Notes: generated by a model from the sequence alone, not told the origin. A stretch of DNA of 63,159 nt, filler included, from Octopus bimaculoides (GCF_001194135.2; 5 parts of 5 records of this genome joined end to end with filler, not necessarily neighbours in it), one strand, 5' to 3'. Positions 1 to 13,150 are shown, numbered from the whole stretch's first letter. Numbers and translations are program-made.

Positions 1-37
<37 letters not shown>

Positions 38-70
38 TTATGTATGTATGTATGTATGTATGTATGTATA
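1..70. repeat. (TA)n/(TATG)n microsatellite
   Basis: Read directly from the sequence. Confidence 0.95.
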
Positions 71-235
71 AACATAATGGGTCACGTATTAATGTTGACG
101 ATTGTATACAGCGAGATATTTGAAGCAGAATAGACATATGAAAAGACGAGGATGCGGTTGGGACACACAGGAAAGTAAAAGAATAAATAAGTTGAGAGAT
201 AATATGGAGTGTTGGATAATATATATATAGATAGA

Positions 236-252
236 AAGACAGACAGACAGAC

Positions 253-315
<63 letters not shown>
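236..315. repeat. (GACA)n(GATA)n microsatellite
   Basis: Read directly from the sequence. Confidence 0.95.
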
Positions 316-1205
316 GTAAGGCTATTTTGTTCTTATGTTAAAATTCTTGATCGGGAAACAATAAATTTGGAGACTGTATTTTGAAATATTAAAATAAAAA
401 ATAATAATTGGTAAAATATTTAAAATTTGATACTATAAAAAAGATATAATATATTCTTTCGAAAGAAAATGAAAAATATTTGCAATTCGTAAATTTGAAA
501 AAAATTATATTTTGGAAGTAAAAACAGTTTTTTCTCACATTTGAAGACAATGGCGCGGAATAAGTAAGCCGTAAAATAAATAGGCGTTTGCTAAAGTATA
601 GAAGACAGCACTGAAGTCTGAAGGCTCAAAAGAAAGAACTAAACGGCTGAAGAAATATTTTATTTTCTTGCAATTTCGTTGTTGTTGTGCAAAGATAGCA
701 ATAATTTTTCTAAAAATATTGTTGAAATGTGGAGTAATTTTCGATATTTTGTCCTTTTTTTTTTTTCCTTCAGAAAAAGTTAGTATCCATTGTTTGACAA
801 AAAAATCTGTGACTGGAAAGTAACGTGTTTTTTTTTTCGTTGTTTCTATTGGAATTATTATTATTATTATATATNNNNNNNNNNNNNNNNNNNNNNNNNN
901 NNNNNNNNNNNNNNNNNNNNNNNNNNNNNNNNNNNNNNNNNNNNNNNNNNNNNNNNNNNNNNNNNNNNNNNNNNNNNNNNNNNNNNNNNNNNNNNNNNNN
1001 NNNNNNNNNNNNNNNNNNNNNNNNNNNNNNNNNNNNNNNNNNNNNNNNNNNNNNNNNNNNNNNNNNNNNNNNNNNNNNNNNNNNNNNNNNNNNNNNNNNN
1101 NNNNNNNNNNNNNNNNNNNNNNNNNNNNNNNNNNNNNNNNNNNNNNNNNNNNNNNNNNNNNNNNNNNNNNNNNNNNNNNNNNNNNNNNNNNNNNNNNNNN
1201 NNNNN

Positions 1206-1257
<52 letters not shown>

Positions 1258-1344
1258 TCACAGAGCATGCGATGGGTAAATTGTCGCCATTTTATAATTT
1301 TAGTTTCGGCCATGCGCATTGTTGGTATTTGATTTTATCGACTA

Positions 1345-2105
1345 CTCAGTATAGTAGGGTCAGTTGGGCACCGTCTGTGTCAAAGACGGCACCATGACTC
1401 AGTTATCGCTGGAAAATATTTGAAACGACATACTGTACTGCTTGGTATTCGCGCCGGAGGCTTCGATACGAACATCTCAGAGTTTTGATGTCTATCGGTG
1501 GACAGTGCAATTTCAGGACATGTACTGAGAGTGATAAAAATAAAATATCCAGTCAACCTCATGGTGTTTGGAGCGATCGCTAGTGATGGCGACGTTATGC
1601 CTTCATTCATGTTCCCACACGGCCTCAGACTCAACATGGAGGCCTACATCAAGAGCCTGGAGGAGGTAGTGCTGAACTGGGTCAAGGGGGTAGCTGCTAG
1701 AAGGTCCTATGTTTAACAACAGGATGGTGCATCAAGCCACACAAGCAGGAGAACCTACTCATAGCTGTCAGACAATATCTGCGACCACGCCACCCATAAC
1801 ATCTGGCCACCTAATTCCCCAGACTACACCCACCCCTTTGATTATCATGTGTAGCGTGCAGTTGAGCGACAGACCAACAAAACTCCTTGTAACACCAAAT
1901 ATGAACGGAAGTCAATGAATATGACAGCATTCACAAACTTAAACACGGAAACCACCCAGAGGAGTTGCCGAAGATTCCGAAGTTATCAACAGGCCCTGGT
2001 TGAAGCTAACGGCGATTTTATTGAATAGATTTAGTAAGAATGAGATATCAGTGTTATTTACATTTTTTGTGTAATTTAGACGACAGTTTATTCACCGCAT
2101 CCTGT
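1345..2105 (+). mobile_element. Internally deleted, degenerate IS630-Tc1-mariner element, maT/DD37D-like
   Basis: An N-terminal piece (RHTVLLGIRAGG) is joined to the catalytic region KYPVNLMVFGAIASDGDVMP...YV*QQDGASSH...IWPPNSPD...DYHV. It ends in a TIR-like ATTCACCGCATCCTGT at about 2090-2105. Subfamily assignment is from motif recall. Confidence 0.75.
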
Positions 2106-3982
2106 TTGTGTGTGTGTGTGTGTGTGGCTGTTTTTCTGTCTACAAAACAGTAAGTTACGTTGTGGAACAGTCATTTCAAGGAGTCGTTTTTATTTGTCTA
2201 TCACCCGGACGAGATACATCTACACCACCGGAAGCTCATGAACCAGTTGAGTGTCGCACAAGAGGAATCGATGCTAGATGTATTGAAACAATTGTAGTGA
2301 TTAATAATAAATTCTCGTATATTCCATCTTCTGTCTTTTATTTCTTATACATATATATATATGTACATATATATCTGTACACGCTAGAAAGAACAGCTAA
2401 GTTCCAAACCNNNNNNNNNNNNNNNNNNNNNNNNNNNNNNNNNNNNNNNNNNNNNNNNNNNNNNNNNNNNNNNNNNNNNNNNNNNNNNNNNNNNNNNNNN
2501 NNNNNNNNNNNNNNNNNNNNNNNNNNNNNNNNNNNNNNNNNNNNNNNNNNNNNNNNNNNNNNNNNNNNNNNNNNNNNNNNNNNNNNNNNNNNNNNNNNNN
2601 NNNNNNNNNNNNNNNNNNNNNNNNNNNNNNNNNNNNNNNNNNNNNNNNNNNNNNNNNNNNNNNNNNNNNNNNNNNNNNNNNNNNNNNNNNNNNNNNNNNN
2701 NNNNNNNNNNNNNNNNNNNNNNNNNNNNNNNNNNNNNNNATAATAAATTCTCGTATATTCCATCTTCTGTCTTTTATTTCTTATACATATATATATATGT
2801 ACATATATATCTGTACACGCTAGAAAGAACAGCTAAGTTCCAAACCACTATTAGGAATAATATTTCGAAGGGGATGAAAAATAAAAACATATATTTAATA
2901 CAGTCAGTCGTTTATCAGAGAAAGCAGAAGACGTAGTCGGAATGAGAAAGAAGAACCATCAGTGAGAGAAAAAATACATACCAGTGAGGGGTTAGATGCC
3001 AGGTTCGAAGGGGATTGGTTGAAGGGAGATAAGTAAGATGCAGATGCTGGTCTACATTTGTTAGTGAAGGAGCATTTGCTTGTTTTGAGAGAGGCATATA
3101 GACACTGAGAGCTTTTATGAGGGGCGAATGTATGAGTGTAGGCTTATCACGTGAGGAATTACAGCGGCGCAGGTTATTGAGGTGTGAGATATTTTTGCTC
3201 GTCTGCGAGCGTCTTTGTATATGTGTGTGTGAGGGCGAACGTGTGTGTGTGTGTGGGGGGGGGGATTTCAGTCGTGAAATTCATGTATAGAACGCGTAGG
3301 TGTGAGGAGCTGCAAAGGAGCGTGAGCGTGTGGCAAAAAACGAAATCAAAAGTAATACAGATTGTGTGATATATGTGCAAATGTATGAATTTGTGATACC
3401 TTTAACTGGTAAGAATAAATGAATTAAAAGAAATGGAAATGATAGTATATAAGAAAGATCGGGGAGTTATATGAGAGGAAAAGGAATTACAAAACACTGA
3501 AAGAAAAGGAATACGATACAAGTATGTGAGAGAAGAGGTGATAGTTAAAAATTACAGAACAGTGGTAAAAAGTAAGAGAATTTTGAATGGTGTGTCATAA
3601 AGATTGTAAGGAACTAGTATAAAAATGGTTTCTTACTTGAAGCACATGAAAAGTCTAGAGGAATGTGATAGATGTATCTGCAATAGTTGGAATATGAAGG
3701 ATTTTATTATGGAAGTGAAGTAAAGAGTAAAAGAGTAAAATAGAATCTTTTTTTTTAAATAGAGAAATAGGAGAAAATTGGGGGCGACAATTGCTAGCAT
3801 AACGGAAAAAATACTCAGTGGCATTATTTTCGACTCATGAAGTTCCGAGTTCAAATCCCACAAATGTCGACTTGTATTTCAACCGTCTGAGGTCGGTAAA
3901 AAATATGTACCGATCAAGAAATGTAATCGAAGTAATCCACTTGCCCTCTTCGCACAGAGTTGCTTCCTTTGAACCCTGTAAC

Positions 3983-4155
3983 CACTAGCGTAGCTGGGGG
4001 GATTGGGGCGTAGGGGCGGGCCACCCCACGAAGCACTTTTAATGGGGTGGCACTTTCAGGTCTGCTCTAGGTAATATGTGTTTTTTGGGGGGGAGGTCTG
4101 GGAGCGGCAAACGGAAAGGCCAGCCCGGGCGGCACTCGATCAAGCTACGCTAGTG
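3983..4155. mobile_element. GC-rich MITE with 13-bp TIR and about 8-bp TSD (hAT-like)
   Basis: TIRs CACTAGCGTAGCT / AGCTACGCTAGTG. Flanks CCTGTAAC / CATGTAAC match at 7 of 8. A second copy lies at 40945. Confidence 0.8.
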
Positions 4156-5479
4156 CATGTAACAGATTGTCTTCTCATTCTGGAGAGGATCTTATAATCC
4201 CGTTCATTTTACACAACGGAAGCTGGTTAACCAAGCTTATGTGTCCTCGGGCTTAAATAAAATAATCACAAAACATGAAACTGGTGAAATGTCTACAAAG
4301 GTAAATTTAGTACCCAGATGTAGTATGATAGGGAAGTACTAAAACCCACAAAGGGAAGTATCGGATAATATCTGCCGAGAAGTGTTCAATAGAAACGAAT
4401 AGAATCGAATATTTCTTCCTGCTATAATGATCTATGAACAGAGACTGCCATGGCAGGGGCTCCTGCAAACAGGTAATACAAAGTGGCATATTTCATTCCT
4501 CTTAATCTCAAACTCATATCGTTTCCTACCTCTCAGATACTTTAGCCACAGTAACAACAACATCCTCTCATTGCTTTCCACAATATTGCTCTCTGCAATT
4601 TCCCCCTTCAAATATTTGCAATTGTCTACCTGCAACACTTTAAACGGAGCCTTGATAACATCAATCTCACAGATATGTAGAATATACGAGGGCTATAGAT
4701 ACCGTCTCATCCTTCCACCAGACCAAATTATATATATATNNNNNNNNNNNNNNNNNNNNNNNNNNNNNNNNNNNNNNNNNNNNNNNNNNNNNNNNNNNNN
4801 NNNNNNNNNNNNNNNNNNNNNNNNNNNNNNNNNNNNNNNNNNNNNNNNATATGTATGTATGTATGTACGTACATATACATTTATATATATGTGCGTGTGT
4901 GTATGTGTGTACACACGCACACGTAGCGAGTAGAGACAGAGAAAGCGAGAATGGGAGTTACGTTTATATATGCGTAAATGTGAAAGTATACATAAATAGA
5001 TATCGATATAGAAACATATACACCAATGTATATATCCATGTGTGTCTATGTGTGCGTGTGTGTGTGTGTGTTTGTAAAGAGAGAGTGAGAGAGAAATGGA
5101 CAGGTATACAGACTTAATCGTTTTAGCAAGAGAATAGATATTTAAAAATAAAAATAAAAAAGTAGAATACGTAAAAAGGAAACAGGCAAAAACGAAATAC
5201 TTCAATGACGAAGATAAAACTAGGAATACATGCGTGTGTATAAACACGCGTATGCGCCTGCATCTGTGTGTGTTACGTATGTGTACGCGCGTGTGCGTGT
5301 GTATATATGCATAAATGAAGATTATATATATATATATATATATATATGGGGGGGAGGAAGAGGAGAAGGACGGACAAAATGTTAAATCAGCGTCATAAGA
5401 GGCCTTGAAACTAAAATGTTTACAAACATGAAAAGAAACATCTAATTGCCAATACAAACACATCGTTAAGATGAAAGCA

Positions 5480-5584
5480 AAATATCATACACGAACACAT
5501 ACATGCAAAGAAAAACAAGAAGCAGAGTCCATCATCTTCTCCACCGTCATCATCACCATCACCACCACCACCAACAACAACAAG

Positions 5585-5615
<31 letters not shown>

Positions 5616-6590
5616 TTATCAGGAGAGCTTCTGCTGTCTCCAGCATCACTACCACCGTCAGCTCGACCGCCATTGCTATCGTAAGAGTCGCCATTATTGT
5701 CGTCTCCACTTCCATCGCCATCGCAGCCAAAGCAACCATCTCCACCAGCGCAGCCTTTGGTGTCACCAACATCATCATCGTTGCGATCACGCCATTGCTG
5801 CACTGGTATTACGCCCAAAGACGCGCTACCATCGCCACCACCAGCATCATCATCACCACCACCATTACCACTACCACCATCATCATTATTATCACCACCA
5901 TAAACAACATTATTATAATACCACTGCCACATCACGACCACGACTACCACCACCACCACCACATCACTACCACCACCACCATTATTATCATCGCTAGCAC
6001 CAACAACACCATCTTTACCACCACTACCATCAATCCATCTCCATCAATGCTGATGTTACTATCATCAGTGCTACAATCACAACACTACCACCAACACGAC
6101 CACCAATACTACCACCAATACGACCACCAATACTACCACCAACACCACAATCTCCCATCAACATCATCACTACCACCATTACCACCACTTCCATCATTAA
6201 CACCACCTCCATCACTACCACTACCGCCACCATCATCGTTACCATCAGTACAACAACCACCTTCGTTGCTATGACTACCGCCAATACTAACATCTTTACT
6301 GTCAACACCGCCAACACCGCTGCTATCATAACCACCATCACCACAATCTCTTATACCTACCAGTACTACAACCACCTCCATCACTACCACAACAACCACC
6401 ACTATAACTACCACCGCCACCACATCTACCACTACTTCCATCATCCCCACAATGACCACCGCCACCACAACTACCACCACAAGATGACCATTGGCCACCA
6501 ACCACGAACATCACCACCTCTAAGAACTACTACGACCATCACCATCACCACCACCACCATTACCACTAGTCTCACCATAATTTCTATCAG
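5480..6590. repeat. Degenerate (CAC/CAT/CAA/ACT)n low-complexity block
   Basis: Trinucleotide-permutation sequence. It yields His-, Thr- or Ile-rich ORFs in all frames with no domain. Confidence 0.9.
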
Positions 6591-6594
6591 TATT

Positions 6595-6780
6595 GGTTTA
6601 AGATGTTGGCACAAGTCCAGCAATTTCGGGAATGGTCTAGGTCGATTGTACGCATTTGAGCCCCGAAACGATAAAAGGTAAAGTTGACCCCAGCAAAATT
6701 TGAACTGAGAACATAAAGATTGGCGAAATGACGCTTAGGATTTCGCCCGGCATGCTAACGATTATGCCAGCTTACAGCCT
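6595..6780 (-). mobile_element. SINE copy, family A (core GCCTTTCATCCTTTCGGGGTCGATAAA)
   Basis: Reverse-complement match to the family A copies at 44165-44545. Confidence 0.75.
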
Positions 6781-6809
6781 TGTTACTGCCATCAGTATTA
6801 CTATTATGT

Positions 6810-7440
6810 GTTTAAGGTGGTAAGTTTTCAGAATCGTTGGAACACCGGGAAAACTGCTTAGCGGCATTTCGTGCTTCTTTACATCATGAGTTCGATTTCC
6901 ACCGAAGTCGACATTGCTTTACATCCCTTTCGGAGACGCTGAAATAAGTTGCAGCTGAGTACTGGGGTCGATGTAATTGACTTACCCCGCCCCCGAAATT
7001 GCTAGCCTTGTGATAAAATTTGAAGCGAATCTTACTCTTATGAGCTATTAGAACCGTTAGCACGCTTAGTAAAATGCTTTGAGGCATTTCGTCCTTCTTA
7101 CGTCATGAATTCAACTTCCACCTTTCGAAGCCGATAAAAACAAATACCTTTTGAGTACCGGGAACGATGTAATCGAATATTCCCCTCCCCAAAATTGCTG
7201 GCTTCGTGCTAAATTTTGAAACCAATATTTATCTTACGACCTGGCAGAATCCTTAATCGCACCGAGCAAAACGCTTAGTGGCATTTCGTTTGGCTTTATA
7301 CTAAGAGTTCAAATTCCGCTTTTGCCTTTTATCCTTTGGGGTTCGGTAAGATAACTACCAGTTGAATACCGGATTCGATGTAAATTTATATTGTAAATTA
7401 TATATCTCCTGAACTTGCCGGCCTTGTGCCAAAACTTGAA
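6810..7440 (+). mobile_element. Three degenerate tandem family A SINE copies
   Basis: Repeated GTTAGCAC...GCTTAG.GGCATTTCGT...GAGTTCAAATTCC...GATGTAAT.GA...CTTGTG..AAAATTTGAA motifs. Confidence 0.75.
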
Positions 7441-7985
7441 TATTATTATCTCAACAACTGTTGCCAACACTATTACCAATATCACTAGCACCTGTACGAT
7501 CTGTATCAGCACTACCACCACCACTGCTACAAATAACACTGCTGTCACCACCACCACCGCTATCACGATTTTTACTTGTTTGAAAAGCAACCACAATCAT
7601 AATATATACTATCACTGCCATTCTTTCTATGAGACTACTACTTCTGTTGGAACCAACAACGCTATCGTCACTTCAACCGTCTCCATCGTTACCACTAGCG
7701 GGTTTTGATTAACATCAACCGCTTACCAACATCAATGCTTTCTATATCACCGCCATCACCTCTGCTACTTTTGGTTGAGAGAATCCTCCACCAACACTGT
7801 CACCACAGCCATTTCTGTCCCCTTATTTTCATTTCTGTCGACGATACAACCATCAGCCTTCTTGGCATGACAAGCCTTACCACCATTACCTCCACCATAC
7901 CACACAAATTTTGCTATTAGCACCACTGCTACTAGTGCCACCAGCACCGAAATCATGAATGTAACAACCACTAGAACTGCGACCA
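7440..7985. repeat. Degenerate (CAC/ACT/CAT)n low-complexity block
   Basis: Read directly from the sequence. Confidence 0.75.
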
Positions 7986-8035
7986 TTCCCATTCCCGATA
8001 TAACACAGCGTGATACACACACACACACACAGACA

Positions 8036-8072
<37 letters not shown>

Positions 8073-8874
8073 ACTCGTACGGTATTCCACAACTTTACTT
8101 TATTATATATATATATATATATATATATATTCTTTTATTCATTTACATGTCTCAGTCATTGAACTGCGATCATGCAGGAGCACGGCCTTTAGTCGAACAA
8201 ATCTACCACGGGACCTATTNNNNNNNNNNNNNNNNNNNNNNNNNNNNNNNNNNNNNNNNNNNNNNNNNNNNNNNNNNNNNNNNNNNNNNNNNNNNNNNNN
8301 NNNNNNNNNNNNNNNNNNNNNNNNNNNNNNNNNNNNNNNNNNNNNNNNNNNNNNNNNNNNNNNNNNNNNNNNNNNNNNNNNNNNNNNNNNNNNNNNNNNN
8401 NNNNNNNNNNNNNNNNNNNNNNNNNNNNNNNNNNNNNNNNNNNNNNNNNNNNNNNNNNNNNNNNNNNNNNNNNNNNNNNNNNNNNNNNNNNNNNNNNNNN
8501 NNNNNNNNNNNNNNNNNNNNNNNNNNNNTATATTTATATATATATATATATATGTGTGTATGTATATGTATATATATAGTACCTACTTCTATCTAGAAAT
8601 CAAACGGAATAACTAATATTCACTTCAAACTTAGCTTTTGCGACCAATGTTTTGAAACTTAACCATTTTCCATTACATTTCAGACAGATTCACCGCTGAG
8701 TTGCTGAAGCAGAAATATCATTATTCCAAATATTCAGCTCAAAACCACAGAATTGCTTGAGCATTTCCCTTAGTGGTTGACAATATGCGCATCTCGGATT
8801 ATGCACCACTACTGCCTCAACATTGCGCCGCCACTAACCTCAAGATTCCAAGTTCGATTCCAAGCAGTGACCTG

Positions 8875-8911
8875 AATAATAATGATGATGATGATAATAA
8901 TAATAATAATG

Positions 8912-8996
<85 letters not shown>

Positions 8997-9025
8997 TGAT
9001 GATGATAATAATAATAACAACAACA
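8875..9025. repeat. (AAT)n/(GAT)n microsatellite
   Basis: Read directly from the sequence. Confidence 0.95.
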
Positions 9026-9185
9026 TCGAAAAATACATTAGGAATGAGAACCCAGGTTCGAAATTTCCCCAAAACACCTGATGAAGCCTGGATGGTATAT
9101 CAACCGAAAAGTTGTGTTAACACTAAACAAGATGAGGACAAATATCCATCAAATGTAAATAATGTAAATAATGTAAATAATACAC
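9025..9185 (+). mobile_element. Penelope-like element terminus (pLTR-like) with (AATGTAAAT)n tail
   Basis: Near-identical to 50880-50950 (GTTGTGTTAAC...CAAGATGAGGAC..ATATCC..AAATGTAAATAATG). It contains a hammerhead-like core. The Penelope assignment is inferred from the hammerhead association. Confidence 0.6.
9073..9118 (+). ncRNA. Degenerate minimal type I hammerhead ribozyme motif
   Basis: AACAC-CTGATGA-A-GCCTG..CAACC-GAAAA-GTT-GTGTT. Stem I AACAC/GTGTT is intact. C15.2 is mutated to A here, but the 50890 copy retains GAAACGTT. Confidence 0.55.
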
Positions 9186-9539
9186 GTTGCCTTTTTATCA
9201 ATTTACTCACTAAAACTACCCGTCTCTAGTTCTCTTCAAGTCCTCTCTTTCTTCCTCGTCTTTCTCGCTTTGTCTCACGCGTTCTTCGACATCGTTGTCC
9301 AATTTTACCAACTTGTTTCTCTCTTTCCATGTTCCTAAATGTCTACAAATACCATTCTTATATTCCTTTAATCACTTTCACTTTATCTCTACTCCTCTTT
9401 CTTCTTCTTTCATTCTCTCACATTCTGTCTGTCACGGACACAGTTTTCCCAAAAGGATAACATTTGCTGATAACAAACAAGAGAAAAACACGCTATATTA
9501 TACACATTGTTGTGAAACGGATGTAAAGAAATAACCGGC

Positions 9540-9813
9540 GGTGGAGGTTTGGCGGTGGTGGTGGTTGTGGTGGTGGTGGTGGTGGTGGTGGTAGTGGTGG
9601 TGAAAGATGTAGTGATGTTGTAGTGACAGCGCAGTTAACATTTGTGTTCTTGATATTAATACAATTTTTGTTGTTGGTGGCGGTGGTGATGATGGTGATT
9701 GTGATCATAACGATGATGATGATGGCAATGATAATGATAATGATGATGATGATGATGATGACGATGATGATGATGAAGAGGATGGTGATGATGATGATGA
9801 TGACGATGATGAC

Positions 9814-9852
<39 letters not shown>

Positions 9853-10008
9853 AATGGCGATGATAGCGATAATGATGATGGCAATGATGATAATGATGAT
9901 GATGATGAGGAGGAGGAGGAGGTGGATCATGATGATGAGGGGGAGGATCATGATGATGTGGAGGTGGATGATAATGATGGCAATGATGATGATGACAATG
10001 ATGATGAT

Positions 10009-10039
<31 letters not shown>

Positions 10040-10391
10040 TGGAGGAGGAGAAGTGGAAGAGAAGGAGGACGTGGACGAGGAGGATGAGGAAAATATGGTG
10101 ACATCGTCGACAATGACAATTAGTATGATGATAATGATGAAGATGATGACGGTTAGTGTGAGACGACGGCGACAGCGATGATAATGTATTTGATGTTGAT
10201 TATGATGAGGATGATGATGATGAGGATGATATTCGCGATAATAGTGATACTGGTTGTGCTGGTGGTGCTGCTGTTTCTGGTGCTGCTTGAAATGGTAGCA
10301 GCATTGAGGAAAGTGTTGCTATTGCTGCTGCTGCTGCTACCGTTGTTGTTGTTGTTGCTGTTGTTTTTGTTGTTGTTGTTGTTGTTGTTGT
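9540..10391. repeat. (GGT)n/(GAT)n/(GAG)n/(GTT)n low-complexity block
   Basis: Read directly from the sequence. Confidence 0.95.
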
Positions 10392-11816
10392 NNNNNNNNN
10401 NNNNNNNNNNNNNNNNNNNNNNNNNNNNNNNNNNNNNNNNNNNNNNNNNNNNNNNNNNNNNNNNNNNNNNNNNNNNNNNNNNNNNNNNNNNAGATGGCGA
10501 CAATTTCCTCTTTCCTTTAACTTAGAGCATGCTGTGCTGTGCTACACGTATACATGCTTGCGTATATGCGTATACACACTATTATATGCTTTCATCCTCT
10601 ATCCTCTATATACACGCGCGCGCGTGTGTGTGTCTGTGTCTGTGTCTGTGTGTGCATGCATTTGTATGTATGTGTCTATGGGTGTATAAGCACTTGTGTG
10701 TGCTATCATGTGAGGTAATGTATCATTATATGCCAATGTGTATGAGTTTACAAATGTATATACACATGTATATCTGTTTTTATGCATTCTACTGTTTGTA
10801 TATATGTGTGTGTATGAGTGTGTGTACGTGTGTGTGTATATGTGTGTGTTTACATGAGTGCATTAACACTTGTATGTGTGTATTGTGCTGTAATGAAGGG
10901 GTCTTTTTCTCTCTCTCTCTCTCTCTGTCTATGTATATAGGTGTATGTTCGTGTATAATATGTGTGTATGAGCGTACAAGCATTCGATTATGCGTGTATT
11001 TTGTACATACGCATTTCTGCATATACTTTGTGCGCTTGTGTATATTTGTGGTATAAATATACGTGTGTTTATTTGGGTGTATTTGTGCGTATAGAAGTAT
11101 GTGTTTATATCAGGTGTGCCGTACGTCTGTAACTATTTCTCTATCACACAGAAGTGCTAGCATGAAAGCGTATGATATTAAATGTGTGGGTATATGTTGA
11201 TGGTTTATTAGTATGGTCATATGTGTCTTATTGCATATCGCAATGTGTACGATTCTGTATCTACTTGCATGTTTCATGTAACAAGTGTGGCTATTTATTT
11301 GTATGTTTTATGAAACCTACGTTTTTAAAGTTGTTGGTAAGTTTCAGTGTGTGAAACTGAGTTTGATGTTAGATATGTATATTCGTATACGTGTATATGA
11401 TTGTAACTTTATGGCCATTTATATATCTATGTATACATGGCTATCTCTATACATGTGTGTGTCAGTGTTTTTTAAAAATTTTTTTTGTTTATTTTCTTTT
11501 TCTTTTTCGATTTGTTTAGGTACGTGTCTTTGCTGTGGGCGCGTGTGTATCTTTCTCTGATGTATATATGCCGTTGTGTGTGTCCTTGACTATGACTGCG
11601 ATGCTGGCTTGTATCTAAATATGCTCGAAAATTTATATATGTAGTCTGGCGTCTGTGCGCGTCCATACGTGGATCTCCCGAATACACACACACATACGCA
11701 CACACACATGCAGTCATATACATATACATAGATATACATATATATGCGCGTATATATATATATATATATATATAAACACACACTTATATACTCATATATA
11801 TATGGTTACATATATA

Positions 11817-11850
<34 letters not shown>

Positions 11851-12829
11851 AACNNNNNNNNNNNNNNNNNNNNNNNNNNNNNNNNNNNNNNNNNNNNNNN
11901 NNNNNNNNNNNNNNNNNNNNNNNNNNNNNNNNNNNNNNNNNNNNNNNNNNNNNNNNNNNNNNNNNNNNNNNNNNNNNNNNNNNNNNNNNNNNNNNNNNNN
12001 NNNNNNNNNNNNNNNNNNNNNNNNNNNNNNNNNNNNNNNNNNNNNNNNNNNNNNNNNNNNNNNNNNNNNNNNNNNNNNNNNNNNNNNNNNNNNNNNNNNN
12101 NNNNNNNNNNNNNNNNNNNNNNNNNNNNNNNNNNNNNNNNNNNNNNNNNNNNNNNNNNNNNNNNNNNNNNNNNNNNNNNNNNNNNNNNNNNNNNNNNNNN
12201 NNNNNNNNNNNNNNNNNNNNNNNNNNNNNNNNNNNNNNNNNNNNNNNNNNNNNNNNNNNNNNNNNNNNNNNNNNNNNNNNNNNNNNNNNNNNNNNNNNNN
12301 NNNNNNNNNNNNNNNNNNNNNNNNNNNNNNNNNNNNNNNNNNNNNNNNNNNNNNNNNNNNNNNNNNNNNNNNNNNNNNNNNNNNNNNNNNNNNNNNNNNN
12401 NNNNNNNNNNNNNNNNNNNNNNNNNNNNNNNNNNNNNNNNNNNNNNNNNNNNNNNNNNNNNNNNNNNNNNNNNNNNNNNNNNNNNNNNNNNNNNNNNNNN
12501 NNNNNNNNNNNNNNNNNNNNNNNNNNNNNNNNNNNNNNNNNNNNNNNNNNNNNNNNNNNNNNNNNNNNNNNNNNNNNNNACAAACAAGCAGGCCACGTAG
12601 AAACATCTCCTTGATCAGCTGCCACCATTAAAACTCCGGCGTTTCGAAGAATTAAGGCAGTACGCATCGTTAAAATGGTTCTTCCTACGAACACAAATTA
12701 AATTGTTTTCGTGGAGGGTAGTGGCGGACGGAAAACAAGACAGGAAAACGAAACGGTGAAATAAACATTGAATGTCAAGTGGCCTGGGGACAGACTCGCA
12801 CATACATACATATGCGTACACGTATACAA

Positions 12830-13150
12830 AAGGGTTTCACATAGTTTCCGTCCGTCCACTAAATTCCCTCTTATAACATCGGTTAGCCCCTAGCGAATGT
12901 TGAAGGCATTTGTGCTAGGTGGCGCACAGTGGAACTGAATCCCCATCCACTGGTTGCAAAGCGACTGAGATCATAGCATCGCCCGCCCTTGAACAGGACA
13001 CCAGTCAGTCGCAGGGTTATTCATTTACAGCTGAACAGAACGGTAGTAACGTGAGATGAATGTTTTACTTAAGAAGGCACTGCCCGATGCAAGAGCCGAA
13101 ACCACGAATTTCCGATCGTAAATGCAACGCCCTGTCCATTAAACCGCGTG
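12830..13150 (-). mobile_element. Two adjacent degenerate tRNA-type SINE copies (family B and a family C-like variant)
   Basis: Reverse-complement similarity to 20855-21030 and 59395-59715. Confidence 0.55.

Noticed and set aside
2304-2846. 107-bp direct repeat (2304-2410 and 2740-2846)
   Set aside because: Identical copies sit exactly on either side of a gap, which indicates an unmerged contig overlap. The same is seen around the 18679-19238 gap.
4427-4660. PWQ...SSHC peptide resembling a protease N-terminal half
   Set aside because: There is no IVGG or CGG and the spacing is wrong. It is also on a different joined segment from the real protease exons.
5471-6681. His-, Gln- or Thr-rich ORFs
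   Set aside because: All frames are open because of trinucleotide composition, and no domain or splice evidence was found.
9623-10087. Poly-Met/Asp ORFs
   Set aside because: They come from the (GAT)n microsatellite.
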